Shown in pieces: positions 23,793 to 36,070 of a stretch of DNA of 41,317 nt. Positions within the stretch are counted from its first letter, which is position 1. Each line of letters opens with the position of its first letter. The stretch is taken from contig NC_068989.1 of the NCBI RefSeq assembly GCF_001194135.2, positions 93,530,305-93,571,621 of the forward strand, read 5' to 3'. Made by a program: the position numbers and the translations under genes. The notes beneath the pieces were generated by a model. That model was not told where the DNA came from. It was given only the letters and a program-made list of their open reading frames with translations, and ran no database searches. This DNA comes from Octopus bimaculoides (Eukaryota).

Positions 23793-23823
23793 TTTCTCGG
23801 TTCTGCTGATATCGTGTTATCAA
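23793..23823 (+). promoter_or_regulatory. Candidate cis-element with GATA-type sites, identical upstream of all three paralogs
   Basis: TTTCTCGGTTCTGCTGATATCGTGTTATCAA is identical at 21211-21241 (minus), 23793-23823 and 38347-38377 while adjacent bases differ; ~490 bp upstream of the ATG. Function inferred only. Confidence 0.3.
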
Positions 23824-23928
23824 TTTCGTGGACAGAAACATAATTAGGCGTTTGTGCAACTCATTAACATGCATAAACGCATCCATCCATGCATACAGAC
23901 ATACACTTACACAGGCACAATGTATGTA

Positions 23929-23959
<31 letters not shown>

Positions 23960-23984
23960 TTGGTATATATGTATATACATATAC

Positions 23985-24020
<36 letters not shown>

Positions 24021-24309
24021 NNNNNNNNNNNNNNNNNNNNNNNNNNNNNNNNNNNNNNNNNNNNNNNNNNNNNNNNNNNNNNNNNNNNNNNNNNNNNNNN
24101 NNNNNNNNNNNNNNNNNNNNNNNNNNNNNNNNNNNNNNNNNNNNNNNNNNNNNNNNNGAATGTCTATACAGATATTACCGTCACGTTTTGTTTTATTCAA
24201 ATTTTGTGAGAAATTTCAAAGCGCAGATAATTGGGTTTGAAGTAAAGACAAACTTCAACAGAACTGGAATACAAAGAACTGGAAGATTACGTGAGGGAAG
24301 AATTGAAGA

Positions 24310-24332
24310 ATGGATGTCGCAGAAAACACACG
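24310..24332 (+). CDS. Gene B exon 1 coding part (MDVAENTR)
   Basis: AGAATGG Kozak context; CG/GTTTGG donor; splices in frame to 25968. Confidence 0.7.
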
Positions 24333-24501
24333 GTTTGGTTGTATTTTACCTATTATAGTAGAAATAGTCAGGGTTACTGCTGCTGCTGTTGGTGTTATGT
24401 TGTTGCTGTTGTTGACATAGTCTTTGTTGTTTTTATTGTCGTTATTGTTGTTGTTGTAGATTTACAACATTGTTGTTGCTGATGTTCTTCTAATACTACT
24501 G

Positions 24502-24560
<59 letters not shown>

Positions 24561-25695
24561 GTCCCCCACCATAATCGATTTGGCATACGCAGTGAGGTGA
24601 TGAGATTGACGCTTAATGAAAGTCTTAGATGGAATAAATAGTAGCGGAAACGATGTTTCGAGCATAACTCATCGTCGGAAAGAGGAACAACTCCAGAGAG
24701 GAGGAAAAAGAGGAAGAAGCAAGAAATCCAGAGTACAAAATTTATATGGCCTTACATACCATTATAATTCCTCTCCCAAACGAGCGCCTTCACACCTGGT
24801 CCCAAACACACCTTTTCTCTCTCTCTCCCTTCCATCAATATTGTCTCATCCAGGTTCCTTGTTTACTTCTTGTGTTCTTTTTCTCTATCTTTGTTCCTGT
24901 GAAAGAGTAACGTCTGAAACGTCATTGCTTTCTCCTTTCGTTTTAAGTTCTAAACTAATCCAATTTTTGTTCAAACTTGTCCATCCCGTGTTGTTCTCTT
25001 CTTTTAGTTCATTATCTTCCAAACACACACGCACACACACACACACACGCACACACAAACATACGCTGTCTGTGGAAGGGGTGGGCAAGGCAGCTAATGC
25101 TACTAAAAGTTTTTTTCTCGGTTGTTGATAACTAAAGTGATAGGAAGAAATCTGCCTCATTTCAGTTAAAGGCGAAACTAAAGAAGCAAGTCGTGTCTCT
25201 TTTTCTTTTCTCAAATTCTTGCTTTATCTTATGGCTGTTTTTTTCCCTCTGGTACTTATTCCACATATTTACCAAAACCCACATGGTTCTCAAGCAAAGA
25301 AACAAACAACCAGACACATGTGCGCATAAACATACATGCACATACATACACACTCTGATACATGTACGTGTACACAAACACACATAAATACATATATACA
25401 TGCATACATACATACCACTATATAAATATATATAAGTATGTATGTGCGTGTGGGTTGGGTGTAAATGTCGAAGGAGGAAATGAGTGCTCAACACCGCATT
25501 GGTGGATATATAATTTCTTTTTAAATGTATTAAGGCTACCATTAGTTTCACGTTAAGAAAAGTAGGAAAATATCCTAGAGGGAAATATTAAGAAAATCGT
25601 TAAGACATTCGGATATTCTCCTACTTTAGCTAACATGAAACCAATGGTATCCTTAATTCACAAATATATATATATATACATATATATGTGTGTGA

Positions 25696-25780
<85 letters not shown>

Positions 25781-26975
25781 TGTGTGTGTATGTATGTATA
25801 TATATGGGTTCGAATCGTTCGAGTAAACTTCTTCAAGGCAGTGCCCCCGGATGGCCGCATAAGTAAATGCTTTTACTCTGACCCCTCTCTCATTCCACTA
25901 CTCTATACTCTATCCCTGACAGTTTCCATATTATACTAAATAAAAACTTGATTCTTTCTCTTTCCAGTAGAACCAAGAAACGATCCGTGCCAGAGACCGT
26001 CGTCGCTGCTTTAGTAGTGTTTTCCGTTTTTGTTACCAACATATTAGTATTTGGTTTCACTGCTGTTCTACCAATTTACCTCGTAGAATTCAAGAAGGTT
26101 TTTTCAGAATTACATGACCTAGTACTTCTGGTGATATTTTTACCTGCCGGTGTATTCGGTATCGTTGGTAAGTATTCGCTATATTCAAAAGAAGCAGCAA
26201 TTGCCTATCTGGTCTTCTTTGAGTTTGTTTTATACCCGTTGGATAAATCCTTTAAGAGTAACTACCAATCATCAATCTAACTGAAAATATTGATTCATTC
26301 AGCTCGGTATACAGCTCGGTATACAGCTCGGTATACAGCTCGAGCTGTGACTCCAAAATTATACATATATCATAGTTAATTTATAGACACTGTTGACATC
26401 TCTTATGGACGTGCCGTTTAAAAAAAACCCCAGTAAATATCAGAGGGAGACAAAACTTTGTGATTTTAACATAAAATATGTTATCTCAGAAGAAATACGA
26501 CAGTAACTTGTTTTTTGACAGTGTATATACATTAAGTGTGATAAATAGTCGACTATTTTGATTTAATTCTGTCTCTATTACGCATGCCTGATACAAAAAA
26601 ATGCACTAGATAATATTTTTGATACAAATTTATATACGGATCGTATGAAAATACTAATTTCCTTTTCTTGTCTGAAAAGTTTCCTAATACCAGTTGCAAT
26701 GACTGGAATAATAGAATACACTTGTCGTAATTGTTAGGAGTGAAAAACAACAAATTTCCGAAAAGTTAGACTACTTATGTGTAAGGTTCTATAACATGGA
26801 CCATACATACATACATACATACATACATACATACATACAAACAAACAAAAACACCCTGTTGTTGATGCTGAAATTCCAAAGTCTTCGATCCAGGTTAGAA
26901 ACCAGTTGTTTCTCTATTGGCAAGAAATCTGAAATAAACTGAAGAATGACTGACATAAATAGACAGTTAGTTAGT

Positions 26976-27037
<62 letters not shown>

Positions 27038-30000
27038 CATACATACATACATACATACATACATACATACATACACACACACATTCATGCATACTTATAT
27101 TTATAAGATCGAGTTGACCATTTGGGTGAGTAGAAACGAATAGACGAAAACTATACGGAACTCGTCGAATGTTTCTCGCTCTGATTCACTTTGTATCACG
27201 TTCCTTAAACAGTTAAAAAATTATCAGATATTCCAAACTAGATCCATTGTTAATAATTTATGGATAATTAAAATATCATTAACAGTTGTAAACTCATTAA
27301 TAAATTGAATCCCAGTAAATCATTAAAAAACTATTCTCTCCTTTTTTCGTTCAAAGGTTTCATGACTGGAATTTTTCTCTCTAAATTTGGCGTAAGAACC
27401 ACCGGCATTGTGGGAAGCCTTTGTCTTACCCTTTCTATTGGCGCTCCATCGTTCTCTTCGAGTATTTATGTTTTATTGGGATGTTTCAGTCTTTTACCAG
27501 GTTTGTATTCCTCTGCATTTTATTATTAGGCTGTCCGGAAATTTCTGAACATTTTTAAGTGAAATTATTTAACGCTTCATTGAACACACCTGAAACATAG
27601 CACAGTGAAAATATTGGCGTTGATTGAAGTGGTAATGCATCTCGTCTTTGTTCCGGACTGAAAACAGATTTATCTTTCATTCCCGTTATTCTTTATTTAC
27701 TTTTGAAATGGATAATCAAAAATTTCGTATTCGCGTTGTAATATTCACGTTGTAATGCTTTCCTTTTTCAAAAAAGGAGAAAATGCTGCAAAGACTTACA
27801 AAAAAACATTTGTGAAGTTTCTGGTGATGTTGCTGTGGCTGAATCAACTGTTCGAAGGTTGTTTGCAAAATTTAGAGCTGGAGAGTTTATCTTGGAAGAT
27901 GACAGTCACAGTGGAAGACCTTCCACATTGGATGAAGATGCTTTGAAGGCAAAAATCGAAGAAAACTCAAATATCACAACAAGAGAACTTACAGAGGAGT
28001 TGAGCGTTTCTACAAGTACGGCTCATGAACACCTTATGAAGCTAAGATTAATTTCTCGCTCTAATGCATTGGTCCCTCATAAACTCTCAGGGAAGAATTG
28101 CTTGGACCGGTATTCTGTTTGTGATATGTTTTTGAAAAGGGATGAAAGCATGCCTTTTTTGAAACAATTTGTGACTAGAAATGAAGAATGGATTGTGTAT
28201 GAAAACGTAGTGCGAAAAATAACCTGGAGTCTGCGTAAGGGTATCCCAAAACATCAACTAAAGACCAATATCCATGCCTAAAAAGTTACTCTTTGTGTTT
28301 GGTGGGATCATAATGGCATTATTCATTATGAGCTTCTCCTACAAAACCAGACCATTAATTCTGATGGCTAATTTGAACCAAAAAAGATCAAACACTTGAG
28401 GTCGGTGATTGCCAACAGGAAAGGAGTAGTGTTCCAACAAAACAATGCCCGACCACTTGTGTCTTTGTCCACCTGAAAAAATTGCATGAGCTTGGCTAGG
28501 GTCTCTGACCTCGTCCCCCATATTCTCCTGATATTGCGTCATGCGACTGTCATTTGCTTTTGCCTCTCCAGAACTCATTGCAAGGAAAAATATTTAACAA
28601 TTCAGATGGCGTCAGAAAGAATCTAGATAATTTTTTTTCTTCGAAACATGAGTACACCTTTAGGAATAGGGATAGGTTTAATAGTACTAGTCTGAGTGAA
28701 TTAATTTGGAAACTGAATAGTAAGAAATCATACGCCATAAATTGGAAAATATTTAGTCATGTTAGATCGTACAAAATTAATGATGCTAGATGCACCTTGT
28801 GTGTAGATGAACTATATCAGAAGAAATTACTTAATGAAAGACGTAACAAGATAAGCACACGCTTAAGAAAACAACGGAGGTCACTATAGAAATAGTAAAT
28901 GGTTTACTGCATAGCAGAAATCACTTCAAACTTGCTAAGGAATATTGAGGATGATTTATCTCTACTAAATATTGAAGCAGATGTCTTACGTAAGATTAAT
29001 TTTTCTGGCTCAGATCAAAGAGTGCAATTAAAAAAATAAAGCCGAATACATTTCAAACGTAAATAAAGAGTTAGTGTTAAAAATAAGCATTATTTTCTAT
29101 CTTAAACTTTCTTTTGTTTCATTTGAAACCTAAAAATTTATTTTATGGTTTATTATTGTTTATATTTCAAATTTCTTATATATATATATATATATATATT
29201 TGGGCAGCAAAATCTCATAAGTACTTAGGCCTTCTGTAGATCTTAATCCGGCGCTGATCACCTTGTGGTACATTGGATGCTTTGGTAGGGTTCACTTTGT
29301 TTGCAAGAATCCAATTCACGAGTCCGGTATGAGGTTATNNNNNNNNNNNNNNNNNNNNNNNNNNNNNNNNNNNNNNNNNNTTTCAAACGTAAATAAAGAG
29401 TTAGTGTTAAAAATAAGCATTATTTTCTATCTTAAACTTTCTTTTGTTTCATTTGAAACCTAAAAATTTATTTTATGGTTTATTATTGTTTATATTTCAA
29501 ATTTCTTATATATATATATATATATATATTTGGGCAGCAAAATCTCATAAGTACTTAGGCCTTCTGTAGATCTTAATCCGGCGCTGATCACCTTGTGGTA
29601 CATTGGATGCTTTGGTAGGGTTCACTTTGTTTGCAAGAATCCAATTCACGAGTCCGGTATGAGGTTATGTTGCTTCATCCCTACCACCACTCTCGTAGGC
29701 ATCCTAGACAATCAGGATTACCATCTTCCAATGGTACTAAAATATGAGAAAATAGAGCTACTTACTCATTGATTGAAAATGTGATGTTTATGTTAAAAGT
29801 AATATGAAGTAATGTTTGAATAATTACCAAAACTATTGATGACGTGAAGAAAGTGTTATGCTTTCAAAATGAAACTGAATGAAAGTTTGCAGACTCTTTA
29901 ANNNNNNNNNNCTAACAATAAAGAAATGATATTGAACCAGTGCATGTGTTGTTATTATTGGGGTAATGACTCTACCAAGACACAAAATTTATTTCAACAA

Positions 30001-33000
30001 ACGAATTCACAACAAAAATCTTACAAATGGAATACGAAACGATGTTTAATTCCAGGGTAAATGTTATAAACTTTAACTTCAATATAGATGCAAGGCTACT
30101 CATCACAAAAATTACATTAAGATTATTCAGAAGTCTTGGATTAACTTAGTAATTACTTCTTAATTTCTGTTCGTTTTTATATCTTCTGTAACAGGAATTG
30201 GTTGTTCTGCTATCAGTCTATCAGCAAATGCTGGATTAGCAGCTTATTTCGGTGAAGACAGTCGAAAATTTATTGCTTTTAGTACGGTCGGAAAAGCTCT
30301 TGGATATATGATTTTTCCAATCCTTACCAATTACTTCATCGAACTCATGTTCTGGCGCGGAAGTCTTCTTCTCCTGGCTGCTACTTTCATACACATTCTG
30401 CCATGTGCTCTCATGTATTCTACGGATATGTATAAAAACACGGGGAGAGAAAATTTGGCAGTAAGCGAAAGTAACGTGCAGAAAGATTTATATATGTCGC
30501 ATTCAAACGTTTCTGAGGAACAATTTCAAAATATTGGTTACGCTGAGGATGAAACGATATCGAACAAACTGGAAATATCTGAGGAGGATAACACTTCCTT
30601 GAATCATAACGAAGACATCAATTTAAATGAAAAATATATTCGTGAGGCCTTAAAATATGATAACGAACCATTTGTTATAAATAATACACAACCTGACAAA
30701 GAACATTGTTTGGGTATCGAAGATACAACTATAAATTCTATAAAATCTGAAGACGAGGAGATTGATGCTCAAAGTGACAAGGATAAAACAGAAGGAAAAT
30801 CTGATTCGAAATCTTCTGCAAGACTTATAACAATTTTAACAAATTTCAACTTCCTTTTATTCCTTTTTGCACTTTTTATAGTTTACGGTTGTGTTGTGAC
30901 ATCATCGTCTATCTTACCTGATTACTGCGTAAAACAAGGGCTGAGTCAAGCAGAAAGTGCACTTATATTTTCAGTGGGATCGTTGGGGTATGTCTTGGCT
31001 TGTTTTGTCAGTAGTTGGTTCATACATAAAAACATTCTCCCAAGCAGGATTATATTTAGTATTTCAGCCATCATAAGCGGATTACTGATCTGTGTTTATC
31101 CTTCGTTGTCCACTGCAACCTATTTGACTTTGCTAACATTTATTATAATGTTCACAACTGGACTTATGTTCGCTGTATATTTTGTATCTGTTATGGATTA
31201 CCTCGACATCGAATGTTTTTCGATTGCTATGGGCTTTTCAGAAACAGCAGTTGGAATTGGTATTTTAGCTGGTGGATATCTTATAGGTAAATATATAACA
31301 TTTTTGATACCTATGCTTATTAATATGATCGCTACAAATATTTTTCATTCTCTAATTTTGAATTTTTCTTATGTTACCAACAATGTTTCAATTCTGTTTC
31401 CCAACACCTGCTGATTATGTTGGTCATCAATTAGGAGCATTAATCATAAAACATATAAAGATAGGTGACATCTTTATTCTTAATTCTTAATTTCTGGATG
31501 TGCTTCAATGTATAGATGTAACAGTTGAGTTTACATATATACACATCAAATATGTATTAATGAAGAATGAGACGATCGGTCGCAGCTGTTTGGTCGTTAC
31601 TCATCTGAAGTACCGACATGTAGAGAGGAAAAAAATGAGAGATCACAATTTATCAACTGAGCATGATTGACGTAAATACTTTCCTTCTCCTCATACCATA
31701 CAAATACAGATAAACATACTCACATAAACAGTGACAGAGAAAGAGAGAGAAAGAAGGAGAGGGAGGGAGAGAGAGGGAACGAACGATAGTAACGTTAAAA
31801 CGCTAGCTGTCAAAAAGTCAGCGTCGAATCAGCGACGCCAAATAGGCAGTGCGAAAACGGCTCTGCCAAAACGTAACATTTCCGTATGAATGTTGCAGAA
31901 GTAATCCCCGGCCAGTAATTATCATATTGTATAGAGAAACATTTAAATGGAATGAAATGTAAAAAATATCGTTTCTGTAGGTAAGTATTTTCGTTAATCA
32001 ATGTATATAAATGTAAGAACATATAAATCTATCATGTCTTCACACTTCTAATGACTTAACTCCAACAATTTGTGAGAATATACATTCTACAAGCGATTCT
32101 TTCAGTTTCTATGGAGATAAGATTTTTTTCCATTCTTGCTTAGTATAACTGGATGGCTTCGAAGTTTGTTTTATAATCACGAGATCTCGTGTTCTAGCCC
32201 ACACTGTAGTGTGTGAGAAATATTTTTCCTTTTTTTTTAAAGCTTCAGCTATTTCATAGTATAGAGGGAGAATTTACAAAAAGAAAGCAATAGACGAAGA
32301 CAGGTGGTGTAGACAACAAGCTGATGTGTTAGTTTAACGCTCGGGAAGTGAAAAATTCTTTAACGTTTCGAGCCTACGCTCTTCCACAGAAAGTAACACA
32401 GAAAGAAACAAGGAGAGAAACTAAAGAATGTGTAGTGGCTAGCAATCTATCATGGTATCTATTCATAGTATAGCTTAGAAGTTTGCTTTATAATCATAGC
32501 ATCTCGGATTCAAACAAAACCCATTGTTTTGTATTTGAGGCCTTCTTTTTTATAAAGCCTCGAGTCGACCAACTGTCGTGGATGGAATTGTATTGATGAA
32601 GCTGTGCAGAAACCGGTTGAAAATTGTAATGAAAATGCCCATCTTTGTCTCATAGAGTATCCTGTTGAATTTTCCTAAGGAATACTTTAAGAGCACATGT
32701 GTCTGTGGTTTATTCAACTACTTCACACGTTAATACAATAAAAGAGCAGCTTCATTGATTGAGCAATTGACAGCTCATTGCCGAAACCGACGAAGATCCA
32801 TTGCATTCAATCTTTCGATATCTATATATTGTTAAACAATGTATAGATATTATTAAGAAGGTCCGTGGCCTAATGGTTAAGGTGTGGCACTCACGATCGC
32901 AAAATCTTGGATTCGATTCTCCGTCCGGACGGTGAGTTATTGAACAGCACAATTTATTTCAAGTTGCTCTCATCAACTCACCTGTAAATGCAATAACCAT

Positions 33001-33664
33001 GGGATGGACTATCGTTCCGTCAGGTGGGGTGGGCAGATGTTGTGCTCTCGATCACTTCTCAACCACGGAAACCGGTTCACGGGCCCTATGAATGCGAACA
33101 CACGAGACAGTACTTACCATAGATATCAGTTTGAAAGTTTGACACAAGACCAGCGAGTTTAGAGTAAGTCGATGAGATCGACCCCATTGCTGATATAGTA
33201 CTTATTTTATCAATCTCCAAAAGGTGAAAGGCAAANNNNNNNNNNNNNNNNNNNNNNNNNNNNNNNNNNNNNNNNNNNNNNNNNNNNNNNNNNNNNNNNN
33301 NNNNNNNNNNNNNNNNNNNNNNNNNNNNNNNNNNNNNNNNNNNNNNNNNNNNNNNNNNNNNNNNNNNNNNNNNNNNNNNNNNNNNNNNNNNNNNNNNNNN
33401 NNNNNNNNNNNNNNNNNNNNNNNNNNNNNNNNNNNNNNNNNNNNNNNNNNNNNNNNNNNNNNNNNNNNNNNNNNNNNNNNNNNNNNNNNNNNNNNNNNNN
33501 NNNNNNNNNNNNNNNNNNNNNNNNNNNNNNNNNNNNNNNNNNNNNNNNNNNNNNNNNNNNNNNNNNNNNNNNNNNNNNNNNNNNTAATTCCATTCTTATT
33601 TAGCAAACTACTAACTAAGCATACACTCACATATTCTGTGAATAATGTCGATAATAAATGCTGA
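24310..33664 (+). CDS. Gene B: SLC16/monocarboxylate transporter-like MFS protein, 5 coding exons, ~540 aa
   Basis: join(24310-24332, 25968-26167, 27357-27500, 30195-31286, ~33501-33664). Visible junctions are GT-AG with phases 2,1,1,1; no stops or frameshifts in visible exons; exon 5 acceptor is in a gap. Confidence 0.88.
25968..26167 (+). CDS. Gene B exon 2 (TM1-TM2)
   Basis: Acceptor TTTCTCTTTCCAG, donor G/GTAAGT, 200 nt. Confidence 0.92.
27357..27500 (+). CDS. Gene B exon 3 (TM3 to start of TM4)
   Basis: Acceptor TTTTTTCGTTCAAAG, donor CAG/GTTTGT, 144 nt. Confidence 0.92.
27526..28646 (+). mobile_element. Mariner (D,D34D-type) element with pseudogenised transposase, 3' end lost
   Basis: TA-flanked left end TTAGGCTGTCCGGAA; ATG near 27708; ESTVRRLFAKFRAGEFILEDDSHSGRP, LVPHKL, TRNEEW (cf. 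TGDEKW), LCVWWD, QQNNARP, YSPDIASCD; frameshifts and stops. Confidence 0.9.
28647..28845 (+). mobile_element. Penelope-like element, C-terminal fragment of GIY-YIG region
   Basis: HEYTFRN...NSTSLSELIWKL...INWKI...CTLCVDE...LLNER matches the PLE pattern H...F..NSTxLSxxIWxLK...WxI...CxLCxxE...LLNxR. Confidence 0.65.
30195..31286 (+). CDS. Gene B exon 4 (TM4-TM11 and central loop)
   Basis: Acceptor TCTTCTGTAACAG, donor ATAG/GTAAAT, 1092 nt, open. Confidence 0.93.
32860..33115 (+). mobile_element. tRNA-derived SINE, family 3
   Basis: Box A TGGCCTAATGG, box B-like GATTCGATTCTCC, body with CTGTAAATG, GATGGACT and ACGGAAACCGG, recalling conserved central domains of eumetazoan SINE superfamilies (exact domain not assigned). 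Confidence 0.75.
33116..33235 (-). mobile_element. SINE family 2 (runs into gap)
   Basis: Counterpart of 11098-11290. Confidence 0.7.
33585..33664 (+). CDS. Gene B exon 5, visible 3' part (IPFLFSKLLTKHTLTYSVNNVDNKC*)
   Basis: Homologous to gene A exon 5; 5' part and acceptor lie in gap 33236-33584. Confidence 0.8.
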
Positions 33665-33811
33665 AGAATGACCAAATTCCAAAGAACAATATTTCAAAAC
33701 ATATAAAAATATTTTGTTTTTTTTTTCCTTCTAGAATATGATCCTGAAAGATTTAAACTTGAAAATCATGTTCGTAGATCTTTTACATACCTACATTCGC
33801 TACTCAATCGA

Positions 33812-33866
<55 letters not shown>

Positions 33867-34219
33867 GGGACGTAGAAATACACTAAAATTCGTAAAACTG
33901 CGTAGAGGAGACTTACAAAGAAGTGTGTGGCGTGAGATATACGAGTTATACGGATACGAATGTGTTGAAGATGAAAAACGATTTAATATGCCAACATTCT
34001 AAAAAGAAGAATGCATAAATGATTTATAGGGAATAAATGAAAACGTATAATAAAACACAAAAATAAGAAATTTAAGCATCCGAGTTCGTTGAGCAAGTTA
34101 CTCCATTGCCCCGATTACTTTTTAGGCCGATGAACCCTCTTCATACATTGCTTAAGTCTAGTGCCACCTGAATTCTCCGTATTTCATTCTTTAAGCAGTA
34201 TGTGTATGTATTGACCCTT

Positions 34220-34370
34220 GACCAACGCTTTAGAACCGGTGTCGATTTGTTTAAATAATTACCAGGCTTTGAAATAAGTATTGAAGTCGATTTGTTCAAC
34301 TAAACAGATCAAGGCAATGCTCCAGCATGGTCGCAGTCCAATAACTGAAACAAGTATTAAAAAGACAAAA
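34220..34370 (+). mobile_element. SINE family 1-type 3' half
   Basis: GTCGATTTGTTCAACTAA...AAGGCAATGCTCCAGCATGG.CGCAGTC...ACTGAAACAAGTA. Confidence 0.6.
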
Positions 34371-34642
34371 GCTAAATAATCAATAGTCATGTCTGTGTGA
34401 ATATATTTCATGGAATGGACGTTAAGAAACGCCATGAGGTCATATAACGAAGAAACAGACGACGTAAAGGGAATGCCTTAAATATTTAGATCAAGTTAAT
34501 AAAGGGGAACTACTCTTATTTAATTCTTATATAATAACCTCCCTTGAATATTTTTATCTTTAAATGGAAAGGGAGAAATGATTTTAAAATATGCATGTCG
34601 ATGAAACAGACGCACACACACACACGCACACACGCACACACA

Positions 34643-34682
<40 letters not shown>

Positions 34683-35639
34683 CAGACACAGACACAGACA
34701 CANNNNNNNNNNNNNNNNNNNNNNNNNNNNNNNNNNNNNNNNNNNNNNNNNNNNNNNNNNNNNNNNNNNNNNNNNNNNNNNNNNNNNNNNNNNNNNNNNN
34801 NNNNNNNNNNNNNNNNNNNNNNNNNNNNNNNNNNNNNNNNNNNNNNNNNNNNNNNNNNNNNNNNNNNNNNNNNNNNNNNNNNNNNNNNNNNNNNNNNNNN
34901 NNNNNNNNNNNNNNNNNNNNNNNNNNNNNNNNNNNNNNNNNNNNNNNNNNNNNNNNNNNNNNNNNNNNNNNNNNNNNNNNNNNNNNNNNNNNNNNNNNNN
35001 NNNNNNNNNNNNNNNNNNNNNNNNNNNNNNNNNNNNNNNNNNNNNNNNNNNNNNNNNNNNNNNNNNNNNNNNNNNNNNNNNNCACACACACACACACACA
35101 CACATACACACACACATAACACACACACACACACACACATACACACACATACGTATAAATATATATATAGAGAGAGAGCGAGGGGCAATTATGCGGATAA
35201 ACAAATTAGAAACATCAAATATACAAAATATATTAGTTTGTGTATGAAATACAATATGTATATATGAATAGACGCTAAAGAAGAGAAAGCAAAAGGTAGA
35301 AACACTTTCAGACGATGAATTCTTAAGTATAAATCTATAGATATTTATATTAATAAATCCAACTTACACAGAGTAAAAACGAAAGAGAAATTTAAAGGGA
35401 TGGAGTAAAGGTGTTATCTGTCGAATACCAGTTTCTGGCGGCTCGGTGATCCATAATAATGTTGGTAGATTTAGTGCATCACAATATGTGGCCATATTGA
35501 TACATTTAACTTTGGATAAGACGGGCCTCCGTCTATATATATATATATATATAGTAAGATAGAGTTTAATGTATATGAGCTAGTATTATTTTGATAGCTT
35601 GAAGAAATTATCTAGGATGGTTTTAAAACACGTCTAGTG

Positions 35640-36070
35640 TCTCCAAGTAATCTCACGTTCTGCGCACATAGCCGATTCGAATTACAAATTCGGAGAATGG
35701 TACCCTTTTATAATTCACTGTGTACGGCATACAATTGTGTTGTATGTAGGATGAACCCACGGGTTAACTCTAGGGTTAGGAACGTAGTGTATAGCTTACT
35801 ATGTACTGAGGGACAGTGCAGAAACATGACAACTACCTACATTGTAGAGACTGCAAGCAGCATAGGAGAACGTAATGGTGCCCATTGGCGAGAGCTCAAA
35901 GAAGAGAAAAGCTCGTCGATACTCTTCCAACATACTCAGTCAGAACATGGAGGCTCGATTAATAGCATAGAGGTTAATGTATTATCGATGCAGAGAACTG
36001 ACACGAGACTTAGACTTCACACATAGCAGTAGACAGACCGAGCCTCAATAGAAAACACGAATGGAACAGT
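35640..36070 (+). mobile_element. Penelope-like element GIY-YIG endonuclease fragment
   Basis: RNVVYSLLCTEGQC...TYIVETASSIGERNGAH...LFQHTQSEH matches NVVYxxxC...C...YIGET...R..EH, followed by a LNRKxE-like end. Confidence 0.75.

Larger units (their letters stand above)
23747..33672 (+). repeat. Right arm of the inverted duplication; also a direct paralog of ~36250-41317
   Basis: See left arm. Also 22700-23100 matches 36250-36637, 23640-23823 matches 38200-38377, and 29826-32180 matches 38478-41317. Confidence 0.9.

Noticed and set aside
24885-25214. Antisense ORF partly conserved in arm A (KEE.NT.W.SLNKNWISLELK)
   Set aside because: A/B differences are mostly non-synonymous and the ends differ; conservation reflects the duplication.
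25987-25989. Non-AUG (GTG) start for the transporters
   Set aside because: A strong acceptor lies 19 nt upstream, and a phase-compatible ATG exon with good Kozak context exists in both A and B.
26300-26348. CRISPR-like array
   Set aside because: Repeats are contiguous with no spacers, the context is eukaryotic and no cas genes are present.
29051-29668. Exact 288-bp direct repeat (29051-29338 and 29381-29668)
   Set aside because: Identical copies on either side of a short N gap are the signature of unmerged contig overlap, not a real tandem duplication.
33735-33870. Acceptor-preceded frame EYDPERFKLENH... as gene B's last exon
   Set aside because: The true last exon ends at 33664 (homologous to A); this frame runs into an (AAT)n repeat and has no counterpart in A.
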